A DNA stretch of 64,000 nucleotides from Dicyema japonicum (GCA_011109175.1 RDEW01000016.1:492709-556708), one strand, 5' to 3'. Shown: positions 1-13,849, numbered from the stretch's first letter. Notes: generated by a model not told the origin, from the letters alone. Program-made: numbers and translations.

Positions 1-137
1 AGATTTATAGAAACTATTTTTTAGACATTTAATTTTATTAATTTTATAATTTTTTGTAAAATAAAATATTTATAGTCAAAATCATAGCAAAAAGGGAGAA
101 TAAAATCCTAATGTAATGATTAGATAATATTCATTAC

Positions 138-1995
138 ATGGTAATTATAAGTTTGATTACTGAAAACGATGGATATTTCTTTACAGTCGAAGAATCTGTA
201 TAAATTTTACTAATGTAGACTACCGTCGAGGAATTCAAAGCGGTAATATCATTTACTGAGGTATTAGTCATGCCCTCATATGCATAGGGCATTAACCCAG
301 AGAACCAACAGCTATTTCACGGTGGGCGATCTCTTCTGGACTCTGAGATCCTAAGCTCCCTTGGTATTATTAATTTAATCTTCATAAAATTAGATTTCGG
401 GGAAAACACAATCTACTTGTACGGTCGGATTGCAAACGTAAGCATTTTGGCTTACGATAGTTAAACATGTTTAATTTTATTTCTAACGAAATAAAATTAA
501 AAATTTACCAACGTGTGACATTATACAAACACTTCCTCAAATGTGCTGGACGGATATTAAGCTCTTTGGAAGTTTGGTGGTAATTAAGACTTAGAACGAT
601 AACAACGACGACGACTTCACCATTTATGACTATGTTGATGAGGAAGTCAGACGACATTCATCGAGTCCATTCATGCTCCATGCAGGGACTTATGAGAATA
701 TGTTTTTATCGTTTCTATTTGAAGTGACGACTTAAATCCATACATAAATGAGTTATATTCAACGTGTTTTGACCTACAACGGCGATTTAACACAATAAAC
801 GAAACTTCTACAAAAGTTTGGAAGGCGAAAACAACGTAATCTTGATTTTTAAGGATTTCCTTAATATAGAGACCGGATGCTGAAACGTTGAAAAAATTCG
901 AGTCACGCAGAATTCGATTCACTCATTACATTTCTCATGTTCTTCACGGACTAACGGAGTTTATCATGGCTAAAAATTGGGAGGACCAATACCAGTTTTT
1001 TCTCTACAAGGATCCCAACCATAACATAAATGTCTTACCTTAATATTAGACTTAGACCAGAAGAAATTCACTGGTTTTCGATGACCAATATTTTAATACT
1101 ATGACCTCTGATCCCACGCATGTTCCTGAAAATGCTGTTATTCTTCATAATCGTCCTGGACTGAACTTGTTGACGAAACAACACCTTGCGAGTTCACAGA
1201 ATTCCGACAGAAAATATGTCTTTTATAACCAAATTGGGCATCGTCTTCCTCGACCAGTTGAGAATGACAACCCCCAAAGTACATTCGGAATGGATGTGGA
1301 TGATTCCGTTACAGCGATAGACAAGTTTTTGAGCTGCAATTCAAGCCATTTCCACGAACCAATAAAAGTTTTTTGAATTTAAATTTTATAGAATCATTCA
1401 TCTCACGTTAATGTCCGCAGGTCTAGTAGGACTGAGATCCTTCCATCAGATTTGCCGATAAGATCCTTCTACCGGTCTCGTCAATCGCCGATTTGGATTG
1501 AAACCAACGAAGATTCGTTGATTTCGCCACGGGTTTGGGGTTATCTGAAAAAAGGAAAATATAGAGACTGCTACTACCATCCCCCCATTGAATCTTGAAA
1601 ATCAAGGTCTACGAGATATAAGATTTCGCTATCGGAATTCTTATTTACATGAGTTATTTTCAAAATTTTCTATACCTGTAGGAACTCTGATGAGAGAGCT
1701 CGAAGGATCTCTCGTGAAAGAATTATCATGATAGCTGATGAGATAGATGAAAGGATGACTTTGATGATAAATGAAATGATAACTGATGAAATTAGGAGGA
1801 TATATGGACCTTTCATGTATTAAATTTATTACCGTATTATAAGATCTAGGAATACGGAGTTTAGCACAGACACGGAGACTGATAGTAGCTCCACCGAAAT
1901 CGAGGTACAGCAAGTGCTGAGCATTTTACTATTTGTAGGGTATTGAAGAGGATGAACGCGAAGATCATGAGTCTGATACAAACTTTCATTATTAA
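138..1995 (+). CDS. Multi-exon ubiquitin-like (UBL) domain protein, copy 1; downstream region of unknown function
   Basis: Splicing tiny GT-AG introns gives MVIISLITENDGYFFTVEES-TTVEEFKAVISFTE-GINPENQQLFHGGRSLLDSEILSSL-DFGENTIYLYGRIAN, a ubiquitin-fold pattern. Later exons include ORF 1101-1376 and an acidic end (GIEEDEREDHESDTNFHY*). A few apparent 1-nt indels. Confidence 0.6.
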
Positions 1996-3057
1996 CGGAA
2001 TGACATTTTGTTGTGTTAAATCTATTTTTTGAAATCAGATTTGTGTTTATGTCGTAGCAATCATGGATTTGGATTATGAATATAACGTTGCTTTCCTTGT
2101 TAGTTTATTAACGGAATAACCATTAAATATAATTCCTTCCCTGTACGCGTAGTGGAATTCTGTTGGATGGCAATATAATTAGTTTTGTATCTTACTTCGG
2201 GGATGCTTTGACATTTGCTTGGATGTGTGGTGGGATGGTTGACAGGAAACATCCCTATCATGCAGACGACCGCTGAGAGATTCCCTTGCCATGATGAACT
2301 GTCCTGATGACTATCAAAGACGACTGGTTTACCTACTTTCTGGGACATAACATAACATTTTTTTATTAAAGACCAAGACATAGTAATAAATATGGGGGAT
2401 TACGTTATTAAAACCATGCCGTGAGGCCAGGATTCTTTCGCAGTTTTACCCCTATAGCTTCACAGCATCTTCTGATTGAACGTGTCATCCACTTTGGTCC
2501 TCAGGAGAAAACCCCCAATCCGTTCCACTACCACGTCCCTTACTGATTTGATCAGGGTTACCTCCTCATCTAGTGGTTTCACCCCTTTTATAAAGTGCCA
2601 GCTTGATTTCCATCCTCCTCTTATTGTCTAAAAGATTGATTATTCTTTCTCCTTTGGGCAAAAAATACCATCATTCAGATTCGTAGACAAGAGAGGGAAA
2701 AAATAAAGATAAACGTCTCCTTCTTCAAATTTAGTTTTCGTAGACACATAAAGGCTTGGTAAGCCTTTTTCTTTTTCATTTGACACCTTCAACATAATCT
2801 TCTCTACATCCAAAACAGACACCCAAATAAAGCAAATGATCAACATTGCTGATACCACTCGATGTGTGCTCCTGTTGAAAAAAAAACTTTCTATAATGTG
2901 AAATTCTCATGTCTTTTGACTTTTCTATTAAGAGACTTAAGCCACGGGATTTACACCACCAGAGAATTTCCTCCAAAAATCCACGTAATCTTTCCTAAGA
3001 CACTACCGGACTTTTCGAGATGTCTGATATCAGTACGTCGTCCGCGTAAATAATCAA

Positions 3058-4440
3058 AAAAACGTGGTCTTGTTGTGGTAATGCCTGTTGTGAGAAAATC
3101 ACCAAGAAAGAATATTATTATAAAGAAAAAGGTCGTGTCTGACCAAAGTGTTGAAAAGTTCTTGGAAAAGAACACTGAGGAGAATGCTAAAAATTTCCTA
3201 AGCGAAGTGATGAAAAGTCATCTTTAGAAGTAGCTGCCCAGCATTTGGATATGACTGACTTACTAGTGGTCTCTCTTGAGATCACTAATCCTGAGTTTGG
3301 AAAGATAAATTGTTTTAATACACTGGCCAATTTGGAGATTGCACGTAAAGCTCGAATTAGCCAGAGGAAATCCGGCTCTTTCACTCTTGAATTCTCGAAT
3401 ACTAATGACCGTAACCATTTACTAAAGAGCTTGAAAAAAGCTTCCAGTTTGGTGTGGATAGACACAGAGTTTCCACACTGAGGTTACGCCCAGCTGAAGT
3501 GGTTCTGAAGGGGTTCCCCTCATGGGTTACAGACGAAGATCTTTTCGAATTCTTGTTGGAGACTCTTCAGCCAGGATTTTCTTTCAATCGCTTCAAGAAA
3601 TACGGCTACAACCTTACTGCAAATAAATTGACCGTCGAATCGAGAGCTGAGGCTAATACTCTCATTAGATCTGGATTACATGTTGGTTTCAAGAAAATCA
3701 GATGTAAATGTACCAAGACTCTGCAATCACATATTTCAGATGCCAGAAATTTGGACACGTTGCATCTCGATGCATTGGAAAGGAGAAATGCTTGATTTGT
3801 GTGGATGAGCACGGAATGAGCAGCTGTCTTCCCAAAGAAAGATCAGAGAGGAAGTGCATTAACTGCGAGACTGTTGGTCACCTCGCGTGTTATGGAGGTT
3901 GCCCGGTGGCAAAGTCCTCTATTCAGAAATTGCGCGCCCATAATGCTAACCGTCATGAAGAAAACTTGACTGTGAATAAGAATACTACCAAACCTATCAG
4001 ATGTTAAAGAAGACGGCCCAATAAGTATGGACAAAATCTCGGCTTCTACTTGCGAGACTTTTACGCAAACTGAAGACTCTAAAAAGGCTATACAAACGGA
4101 GAAAATGATTCAAAATAAAATGAAGAATAAAGATTGGGAGAAAATCCCGAACCTAGGTGATAGTGCTCAAAAGAGATGACTTTCATTATCTCCAGGCTCC
4201 ACCACGAATGTTCTAAGGCAAATGTGGATTTACTGGATGTGGTAGCACTAGTTCTGAAGAGGCTAGACCACCTGAAAAGTTTTTGAAAGCAAGGAAATAT
4301 AAAAATAATGCTGTGAATTCCAGATCCATTCTGAAAAGACATCATGAACTGGCATTACTGGTGAAAGCCGAGGAGCCTGATATTGTGGTCGTTAACAAGA
4401 CTAAAATCAGAGAAGGGGAAGATTTCATCCTTGTGGCTTT
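3058..4440 (+). mobile_element. I/Jockey-group LINE: ORF1 (gag-like, three zinc knuckles) plus start of APE endonuclease, truncated
   Basis: ORFs 3245-3481, 3454-3795 and 3708-4007 join into ORF1 ending FRCQKFGHVASRC..CLICVDEHGMSSC..CINCETVGHLACYGGCP; an APE-like N-terminus (NSRSILKRHHELALLVKAEEPDIVVV) follows near 4310. Confidence 0.75.
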
Positions 4441-4599
4441 TCGTCTGTAGGTACAGGATGAAAGGCAGGAGCTGCTACCGGCACGGGAACAAAATTTTAA
4501 GAGCCACTTTTTATAATAATGACAAAATTATATTTATCTAATTTATGAAATAATTGACCCTACAGTTCCTTCCTCAACAGTGTCATGTCTGGGTCGTAG

Positions 4600-5040
4600 C
4601 TTGCCATTTTAACTAGACAAGATTCCAAATTTGTATCAGTAATTTGACTTGCCACATTTCAAGACACCTTATTAGTTATACTCGCAATTGTTTTTGCGGA
4701 TAACGGTGTATTTTTAATTTAAATTCTCTGTTTTATTCGTAAAATTTTAAGATAGTCGTGACAATTTTAGTAAACAGGTTTTGATGTCACTTGGTTTTCC
4801 CATTTTTTAAACCTCATGACTGACGATGAATCTTCCAATATTAGTAGTCCTGGCGGACTGCTTGCAATAATTAAATATTGAACCTTCAATTTTAATGTTT
4901 GTTTGGAGTATTCCAAGCTAGTTTTCGTACATCACCAATTGGAATTTTCTTGAAAAATCACCATGCTTTGAATTAAATTGTCTCTCCAGGTTTGAATTTT
5001 TGTTCTGGTTGAATGCTTCGTGGCAAGGGAGACATTATTA
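4600..5040 (-). mobile_element. Degenerate hAT (Buster/Spin-like) transposase N-terminal fragment
   Basis: Minus strand gives CLPCHE..LERQFNSKHGDF-like remnants resembling the N-terminal zinc-finger region; heavily decayed. Confidence 0.3.
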
Positions 5041-5289
5041 TATAATAATTGAAGAACCACAAACAGAGTTGATGATTAAGCGAGTAAAATTTTTAAAATT
5101 AAAATATTCAAAAAATTAAGTAATAATTTAAATAATTTAACTATTCAATATAAAATAGCCTCTAAATATTATATATAGTCTAAAAAATACATAAAAAACA
5201 TTTTAAAAGAAAAACACTATTTTGAAAATGTTTTTATTGGAGATTCATTCACGTGGAAGAATATTGCCAAAAGTTCTTGTAAAGCATTT

Positions 5290-5700
5290 AAGAGGCAGGC
5301 CTCCGTGTATACATGGCCAAGTAGAACGCTAACACCGGTTGAGGTGGTGACGACACCTCTATTGCACTATGTTTTATTCGTATTCCTTACCGACTTCTCT
5401 GGGATCTTTCAATTGCAGAGGACTTAAACAATTTTACAAGAAACACAACTGGTATGCGATCTAACCAAATATGACGTTTCTGTCTGCTGTCTACAAGAGA
5501 CAAAAACGACCGTACAATGGTACTGTTTGGAAATTTCCACCGTCGGCCTGCCGACATTATGGTCTCGGATTTCAGTCCATCAGGACATGATTCACCGCGT
5601 TACAAGACAGCATCTGATATTATAATGGAAATAGCGGACGACCTAGACTACATAAGAGAACATTGCGCACAGAAGATCATGGTCGAGCTGACGAAAGGAT
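5290..5700 (+). mobile_element. RTE-like LINE 5' fragment (APE start)
   Basis: FNCRGLKQFYKK..QLVCDLTKYDVSVCCLQETKTT; 5' motif ggttgaggtggtgacg also precedes the APE fragments at 27030-27290 and 28100-28340. Confidence 0.65.
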
Positions 5701-6294
5701 GATTCGGAATACGGCACAAAGGAAACTTAATTAATTTTATGTTTTTTCGGGAGTGTTTTTAATAATAATAATAAAATAATAAAAAGAGCTACACAAAAAA
5801 CTCAAAGAGCCACGGTTGCCGACCTTCCTGCACGTGATGGTTTGGATACAGCGAAATATTTTATAGTGAGCAAATTTATTGATTTATTGCATAGAACCTG
5901 AAAATGGCGGCGAAATTATAGAAGGAATACATATTTCCAGACTTGAATTGATTGATAATTTTTTTAACCAGTAAAACATTTCATATTTGGTATACGAGGA
6001 GTATGGAAGCAAAGTATAGGAATTTGTCTCGACACACAAAGATTACGAAGTGCAATAGCTTTCTGTAGGTGGAATCCGTGCTACCGTAAGGATTTTTCCA
6101 GATCAGAACCGTATCCTTTAGCCATCCAAACAGCCTACGCAGCATTCGTTGAACGACATCAAAGTCCCCATTGTAGCAAACCTCCTTCAACTCCACGAAT
6201 TGTTGTGGTAGTCTGAAATCTTTGCTGAATACCCCGATACACCTATATCAACTGTAAAACCCCCAATTTTGAAGCCACTTTGACTTTGAAGCAG

Positions 6295-6570
6295 TCAATC
6301 AAACTTTATTAAAACACAAAAATCAATCAAAATGACCCCCGCCGACATAATTGAAGTTGCGTTGACTTTCACGATAGCAACAGAGAGAAGCCACCGAGTC
6401 TCACATGTGTCGTGGCTTTTTAATGTAACCAGGCGTCCCAGCCTCTTTAGAAAACGAAGTGATGTCCTGCTTATTTCTTCAGTTGTCTCAACTACTATGG
6501 GGCAGAGAGGTAACCGATTGTGTAGCTCTTTGTATTTCTTCTTCGTTTTCATTTTCAATCTGCCTGACAA
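6295..6570 (-). mobile_element. CRE-like retrotransposon 3' end (RLE C-terminus)
   Basis: KKYKEL..PIVVETTEEIS..FLKRLGRL..ETRWLLSVAIVKVNA aligns with the end of ORF 36456-37385 and with 58850-59120. Confidence 0.65.
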
Positions 6571-7097
6571 GCTTATTTCCTTTCTGAATTAGTGTCAGTA
6601 GTCCTTTTCCATAACCTGATATGGTATTGGGGGCAAGTTCTTTAAGCACCACTAAAACAAAGTTAAAGTGGATGACATTATACGAGTAAGTTGTCCATAG
6701 CCATCTGGCTCACGGAAACTGATATATTGGGATCGTCGACGAAGGATATGCTATTAAAGGATGCTGTTTGATCAAAAGTCTGAGCGAAGGAATTGAAAAA
6801 AAGAAAACCTTCTTTGACTTGTCTTGATAGCAGCGGATTGATCTTCTGCATTGAGGCAAATACTGACGTGGTGACTCTTCAGTCTTTTAGGCCTCTGTCA
6901 TTGACCGTCCAAACGTGGATTAAACACGTGGAGATTGAGTTCACAACCTCAACTACTAAAGTTAACTACTTCTAGTCTTTATCAGTCAAATCAGGCACTA
7001 AAAGCGGCTGACAGGTTTGCGCAAATTTAAAACTGTCGAAATTTCGTTGCGACGACATAACGAACTATAATCGAATATAAACGTAACATCGCGAAAT

Positions 7098-7373
7098 ATG
7101 TGCGATATTCACGGAGATTCATTGATGGATGATAGAGTAAGGAAGAAGAACAGACTGGCGGCAACCAGGTACAGACAAAGGGTGAAATCGAAGATTAGGG
7201 ATCTAGAACATGTATTAGTGTGACTTATATTAGGAATGGAAGTAGTCTTACGATCCTTTTTAAAGTTATCATATTTTTTTAATAATTATTTTTACGTTTT
7301 ATTTTTAATATCTTCCCAGAGATAAACTTCGTGAGATTTAAAGACACATGCAATTACGGTAGCACTAAAATAA
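7098..7373 (+). CDS. Small bZIP transcription factor, ATF4/ATF5-like basic region
   Basis: MCDIHGDSLMDDRVRKKNRLAATRYRQRVKSKIRDLEH; N-x-x-AATRYRQ is the ATF4/5-type basic motif. Zipper exons are inferred across two short introns and need frame corrections. Confidence 0.55.
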
Positions 7374-7545
7374 ACGTCACAGTACTTGTGACTTTTTTTT
7401 TAAATTTATTATTTATTTTAAGTAATAAAAAAATAAAAATTTATTAGGCAATTAAATACAAAAAATAACATTTAGAATTACTGGCTGTTCTTATAACCGA
7501 GAACGTAATTCTCCTGACGATTTGGAAAGAAATACGCTCGTTACC
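7235..7545 (+). repeat. ~310-bp dispersed duplication, copy A (copy B at 16932-17245)
   Basis: Near-identical sequence from gaagtagtcttacgatc to gaaatacgctcgttacc at both loci. Confidence 0.9.
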
Positions 7546-7899
7546 AGAGAATTAAAAGGAGGAATATTGCAAAAAACTGAAGGAAGTTGTTTTTAAGAGG
7601 TTCTTGGAGGATGTTCTCGCGGGGAAAGAGACGACCCCAGTTGACCGTGAGAAGATCAGATCGATGTCGTACCTTGAGTTTGTGGATTACATTAGAGCTA
7701 TTTTCGACAATGCTTATTCATTCCAGTTTTAACCTTTTTTGGTCTTCTTTTTTGGGTTAATGTGGTTAAAATAGGATTGTTTAATTTACCCCTTCACATG
7801 TTAGCATACATTAAGTTGTTCAAAGGGTAGGACTTGACGTTAGGGGACTTGAATGACAGTAAAACCTTTTTTACATTTGAATAAAAATTCTAATTAATG

Positions 7900-8600
7900 C
7901 TAATAGAGATGAGTAATTTAATTATAAGACACGTGGTAATTGTGAGTTATTAAGAGACGGGCATTTCTGGTAGATTGGAAGCATGAACTATAAATTATGT
8001 ACGATGACTTTGTTGGCAGTTTTTTGTTTGGTGGATAACTTGTGTAGGGAAGAGTTGAAAGCGGTCATTGACCACGAGGTACCTGAGTATATGAGTATTG
8101 AACTTACAAATTGGAGGTAGATGGTGAACTGGCATTTAGTCTTGCCTCCAAGAGTTTATGATGTGATTTTTAAAATTGTTAGTTTCATCAGCGATGATGT
8201 CACTATATCTCGCGAAAGAGATCCTTGGTCAAATGTGACTCCGAGAATGTCGATGTTGAATGTAAAGTTTTGTTGTCGATGAGAACGTTGGACTCAAAGT
8301 CGTAGTGTTTTTGCTAAGAGTCGCTATTGTGCAACCAATGGAATCAGTGTTCAGAATGTTCTGTATGATTCACGTGAGGTTCGATAGTGTCTATCTGTTG
8401 GAGTGAGGAGGATATCACGGGAATATAAGAACAGAAGATAGATTTCCAGGAGGTTGTACAAATAAATCGTAATTGTCAATCTGACCAAGTCCTCAGTGCC
8501 AATAGGTTGTGAAATGAAGAGAGTACTCCCCTTATGATGTTTTGTTTGTTCAATAAGAGCATCTTCTGATCAAAAAATATATTTCTATCCACCAGTTACG
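7900..8600 (-). mobile_element. I-group LINE RT C-terminal fragment
   Basis: ILGVTFDQ..LIYSGTSW-like thumb motifs on the minus strand, decayed. Confidence 0.45.
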
Positions 8601-8704
8601 CGACATGGCAAAGAAGTTTCGTCCTCTCAGTAATTGAAAATTTTTCATTTTTAGAGTTTTTTGTACGAGCGTGTATCTCCTGGTCTTTTTTTCTATTATA
8701 AATG

Positions 8705-9000
8705 ATCATCCGGTTGCCGGGCTAGAGGCCTGAAGGTCGCTAGTTCGAATCCCATACTGTACATTCGGTCGAAGGTTCCACGCATCAATATGCTTTGGCT
8801 TTACGAGTGACGCCGTCATCAGTGGATACTCACTGCGGAACCGGATCGTCTATAAAGGACATACACTCAAGAAAAAGAAGTGAAGTGCATTCTTTCGTTC
8901 TCCTCATCGACTAGCTATGATAACTGTTCTTTGCTTAAATAAAGTGTGTGTTCTGAAACCATAAACAGTGTTTACTGGTAACGCGGCTGATCATCCATAA
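8705..9000 (+). mobile_element. tRNA-derived SINE, copy 1
   Basis: B-box agttcgaatccc; body gaaggttccacgcatc..gccgtcatcagtgga..cactgcggaac; tail aataaagtgtgtgttctg shared with copies at 40375, 41540 and 46650. Confidence 0.8.
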
Positions 9001-9321
9001 GACATGCATTAGGAGTGACTGATAAGTTGCCACAGACTGAATTTGGATTTGGAACCTCTGAAAATTCCATTGACTCTGATTTTTACTGATAATTGACATC
9101 AGCGAGTACTGCATTCCGAAGGCCGTTGATAACTTCGTGCAAACCATTGTCCAGGATTGATTAGCCTCATTGATTTCATATAACTCTGGAGAAAATAATA
9201 TTAATAACACAATCAGCTACAACAGTCTTTCCAGAACATTGGAGTCTTAATTGTCCAGATCTCCGAGAACCCACAAGACAAGTCACTCATCTTGTTTAGG
9301 TCGCCTTCGATCTCTTAGAGC

Positions 9322-10050
9322 AATGGTTCCCAACCTTAAGGTGTACGCGGAACCCTTTTGGGTTAATTTATTTTTTGAGGAACCCTTCCAATTCAATTAT
9401 TAGAATTTTCACTTAAAACATAATTGTAATAACCAAAAACAATTTTAATATGAACATCGTTTTGTGCCGGTAGCAATCTGGTGCGGCCGGAAGTATTACA
9501 GCCTCTTTCCTAAAGGAAATCGGAGGAAAATTGGCCCACCGCAAGAAAGACGTGCGGGAAGCGGTCTGGCTTAGGCAAAGAATTGGTATCGCAGTTGTTC
9601 GCGGAAACGCTTACTCCGTGATGTCAGCAGCCGCTTCCTCCATAGTTAATAAATAATATTTTATTGTTAATAAATTTTTGAAATAAAAAAAATATGAACA
9701 TTGAGACAACTTTTTTTACCATAGCATAGTTGTATAACGTTAGGAGTTATTGTTGACAACTGTATCCTCATATCAGGGAAGTTTTAGTAAATGTATATAT
9801 TGAAAACCCCGACTCGCATAAGTAAGTCGCTGGAAAAAGTACGTATTGGGTATTTTGAAATGCATGATCTCCAATATTAAAAAGGAGTCATTTTATATAT
9901 CTGATTTGACGTTGATTTTGATATCACATCAAATTTCTTCCGAAAATATTTCGCAATGTCATCCAAAAAATACCAAATGATCTTTAAAATTTGCGGAACC
10001 CTAATTCTGGCTTCGTGAATCCCCGGGGTTCCCCGGAACTAAAGTTCAAA
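9322..10050 (+). mobile_element. hAT-derived non-autonomous element (MITE-like) carrying a CRE 3' end
   Basis: Left end caatggttcccaacct preceded by tcttagag; right subterminal ggaaccct..ggggttccccggaac motifs typical of Charlie-like MITEs. Confidence 0.45.
9466..9650 (+). mobile_element. CRE-like retrotransposon 3' end
   Basis: FLKEIGGKLAHRKKDVREAVWLRQRIGIAVVRGNAYSVMSAA followed by an A-rich tail. Confidence 0.75.
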
Positions 10051-10129
10051 TCAAAAATCTTGATTATCAGAATTTTATTTTTTATAGTGGCAACCCTAAA
10101 TTTCTAGCGTGTTTCAGAATATTTTTTGT

Positions 10130-11330
10130 AGTGGTTTCTTACAGAGGATGTGTGAAAGGTGTCTACACCTCATACTTTCATTAATATGTAGATCCCTTCT
10201 TCATCGTGATCCCAGCCTAGAATTCTTACCCAACTTCAATGACGTTATCATGACCTTAATGCTAAGGACTGTTGATAAACCGTTCCAGCATGGTTTCTAA
10301 AAGGATCGGTCCACAACAAGCTTCCTCACATCCAAGACTCCAGAAAACTGTGTTATGCTCACTAGACGTCCACAAAGCCTTCGAATCTGTGCCGAGGAAG
10401 AATCTAACATGGAAAATCTACCAATCAGATATCCCTGAAAACCTCAAACGCTGGCTGACAAACTTCCTTAGCGGACGGAGAGGTAGAGTGTGCATTGGAA
10501 ACATTCATTCTGTCTCCCATTTATTCACAAATGGAGTATCCAAGGGTTCGCCGCTATCACCATTTCTATTCAACCTATTTACAGCTGACATTCCGACGCC
10601 GAATGGAGAAGTTACCTGCTTCTAGCTTATGCAGGCGACATCGTCTTAGCCTCACGGGATCAGAACACCCAAACAGCGACGGAAAGAATACAACACCACA
10701 TGGATCGACTACTCGAGTGGTTTAGTGAAAATCAAATGTCAATCAACACCGAAAAATCTGTTACAGCTCTCTATACCTCGGACAAATAATTGTCGAACAG
10801 GATAATAGAAGTTACTGCGCAGAAAAGTGGCAAATAATATTGGGTCTGACTTTCGATACACACATGAATTTTACGAGACACGTCACTAACGTGCTGAACA
10901 AATGTGAGAAGAAAATCAACCTTCTGAAATGCCTGACAGGTCTATGGAAAATTGGATATTAAAACGCTCTACTCACAGTACATCGAACCATGCATATCAT
11001 ATGCGTGAACTTCATGGGGACCACTGGCCTCTTATACGAACATCTAGAAAATCTCCGCAACCCAGAAAAGGGCCTTCAAACTAACCGAGAGATGGCATAC
11101 AGGGAAAACGCTAAATCACCGACGTCCATGGAGACACTAATCGAAAAAAACAAAAATGGACACCAATGCCAAAAAGGAAGTGCTAGCCCGGAACGAACTT
11201 GTGTATGCTCAAGGGATCAACACCGAGCAAAGATGAGAGCCTTGATCCAATTTGTCGGGATCACTTAGTTTAGTTTTTTCGGTTTAACAGTTTGGAATTA
11301 ATGACTTTAATGCTAAGGAGTATTCGACTC
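10130..11330 (+). mobile_element. I/Ingi-group LINE reverse transcriptase through 3' end, degenerate
   Basis: LDVHKAFESV, GVSKGSPLSPFLFNLFTAD, YAGDIVL (from YADD), LGLTFD; ORF2 ends AKMRALIQFVGIT*. Confidence 0.85.
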
Positions 11331-11799
11331 AGTTAACAGACGAGGACAAACTCAGAACTCGGACACCTTGTCATACTAAACAACCAACACACAAGATGTG
11401 GAACTCGTCCCGGGGATCCAAACGCATCCCCTGACCTTCCGATATGCTCATCCACGAACGCATTGCTGATTAGCCTAGGTCTCCAGGACCCTACGTCAAA
11501 GTAATGGATCTCTGGAGCGTTTTTCTACGGTTGCCAGTGTCCTAAATGTTAGCGAAATTGGTTAATAATTTAAGATGGAAAGTCCAGATCACCTAATTAA
11601 TCAACTAATACGTTTGTTGTCCACCACCTGGATCACTTAATTAGTTTGCTTAACTCTTTCTTTCTTTGTGTTCTTAAGTTAAATAATATTAATCCGTCAA
11701 AATGGAATAAGCTAGAGAAAATCCAAAGACGAATGACGTCCAATCCATTCCTTGTAGTTGTGGAAACCCCTCCAGTGGAGTGGGATGGGATTAAATAGT

Positions 11800-12400
11800 T
11801 TTAGATCATTTCATTATTTTCCGACAAAGGAAAAATCCGATGAGATTATCTGACAAAGGTACCATCATTATTTTGTTTGTTATGACCAAACATAGTCATA
11901 ATAATGATACGACAAGCATGGATTATCAGCTTTTCGCCAATGGTATGAGGTTTCAGATTTTTTGCTATCAATTCAGAAATATGAATTTTTTAATAATTCA
12001 GTTGAGCTCACAAAAGTATCACTAAACAACATTTGACTGGATCTACAATACATAGTAAAACTAAATAATACTTTTGTTGTTTTTTCAAATGCATAAAATA
12101 ATCCACAGATTTTTCTGAATAGTCCGGATGCTTGGAGTAAAATGTCTATTTATTTTGCTAGGAATCATAGCATCATTTGCAAAACATCGAATTTAGGCAT
12201 CGGGTAGTTTTTTTATCATCGCATGTAATTCCAAATGAAAATAAAAATCTTTATATGAGCGACGAATTGATTTACTCATTTTAAACCAAAAAAATGTGAA
12301 TAAATTTTTTCAAATTAGTATTTGTCTGGCGGCACACTACTAATTGTCTCGAGGCACACTAAGTGTGCCGCGCCAGACCGTTTGACAATCTCTGTTTTAG
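11800..12400. mobile_element. hAT (Buster/Charlie-like) remnant with palindromic subterminal repeat
   Basis: tggcggcacact..agtgtgccgcgcca inverted repeat and terminus gtttgacaatctctg followed by ttttagat. Confidence 0.4.
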
Positions 12401-12779
12401 ATAATTCAATTATGCTTCTCTGACACCTAAGCGAATGGAAGATTCAAAGAATTGTTCTAGTCAGTTGAGAAGTCACATAATTCGTTCTTAAATAGATAAT
12501 TATTTGTTTTAGAAGAGATTTAAATTTTCAAAAAACCGATTGAAGAAAATTCAAGTTTATACAAAGCTATAAATAGGAGACAATGTATATAATAATATTT
12601 TATCATTTAATCGAGATGAGGTTAAACATATTAAATTAATAAATAAAAATTCCATATGATCTGTGGGAATGGCAAGGCTTAAAATTGCTAATTTAATACA
12701 GTTATTCTTTAAACTTGATAAATTGATTGATATTCGCTTTCCTCTCTGACCACCGTTGCATTTTGGAGCTGACTGAATT

Positions 12780-13120
12780 CACCCAAGAGGATGGCACACG
12801 CCCCTACGAAACTATAACATTTCATTTTGATAATGGTTGGATCCTGGTTTGGGACGCTACATATGTTGTCGAAGAATTTGCCGTTTCACCATCGGATCCA
12901 GGTCATGCTTCAAAACAGAAGAGAAAGAAGTATCGAAGCATCTCGAGGATCACTTGTTTCCCATATGCTGTCAAGACGTCAGTAATCATAGGCCCACAAG
13001 CTGACGATCTACTACGCAAGATCGGCTCATGATCCAAAGGACTATCAAGGATCTAAGTGAGACTGGGTGGCTTCGAGAGTGTATCTCGACGGCCATTGTG
13101 ATAGGAAGCAGTACAGCTAT
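12780..13120 (+). mobile_element. CRE-like RLE domain and 3' end
   Basis: EDGTRPY..FDNGWILVWDATY..KKYRS..LLRKIGS..ETGWLRECISTAIV. Confidence 0.7.
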
Positions 13121-13639
13121 TCGAGATCCCTAAAAAAGTGCTCTTTTAACTGTTTAATTTTTTGGTTCTTATTTAGAATCTGATAGCCACTTTCCTGCAA
13201 CAAAATCAATATATGAAATTTTTAGTTTACAAATAAATTTTTAATTATTAATTACCTACGATTAATTTAATTATTTATTTAATTTTTTTAAAATAATTGC
13301 AACACATTTTGAGAAACCTTTCAATGTGACGACAGCAATCCCCCCAAGGAAAGCCAAGACCCTTAAAAAAACTAATTAAAATTTTGGAAGTAAAAACAGC
13401 ATGGCAAAAACTAAAAAACAACAGAAGCCCTGAACCAGACACGATAAACCCAGAATTACTGAAATACGGCCATGACCCACTTTTTGAAAAAAATCGCTAC
13501 ACTACTAAATAAAATATTTTCAACTTACTCAACTTTACCCCTGGGAACGGGATTACTAGTACCTACACAAAAGCCCAATAAACCCAAAGGACCGGTTGAA
13601 GACTTAGGACCAATTATATTATTGAGTTGGTTCGTAAGA

Positions 13640-13755
13640 TCGGCTCCATGATTCAAGCTGTGACAAGGATCCGCGAGAGACTGGTTGGTTCCGAGAACGT
13701 ATCTCGTTGGCTATTGTTAGGGGAAATAGCATGGCCATTCAGATGCCTTAATTTA
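13640..13755 (+). mobile_element. CRE-like 3' end, short
   Basis: KIGSMIQAVT-DPRETGWFRERISLAIVRGNSMAIQMP*. Confidence 0.7.
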
Positions 13756-13849
13756 ATTTTTATTCATTTGAAGATTCTAAATTGAAAAAAAAATTATATT
13801 ATCAAATTCTCTACGGAAAGTCTTAGTTAAGATTGTATTGAATCGAATA

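Noticed and set aside
5981-6196. 71-aa minus-strand ORF
   Set aside because: No motif or splice context I could support.
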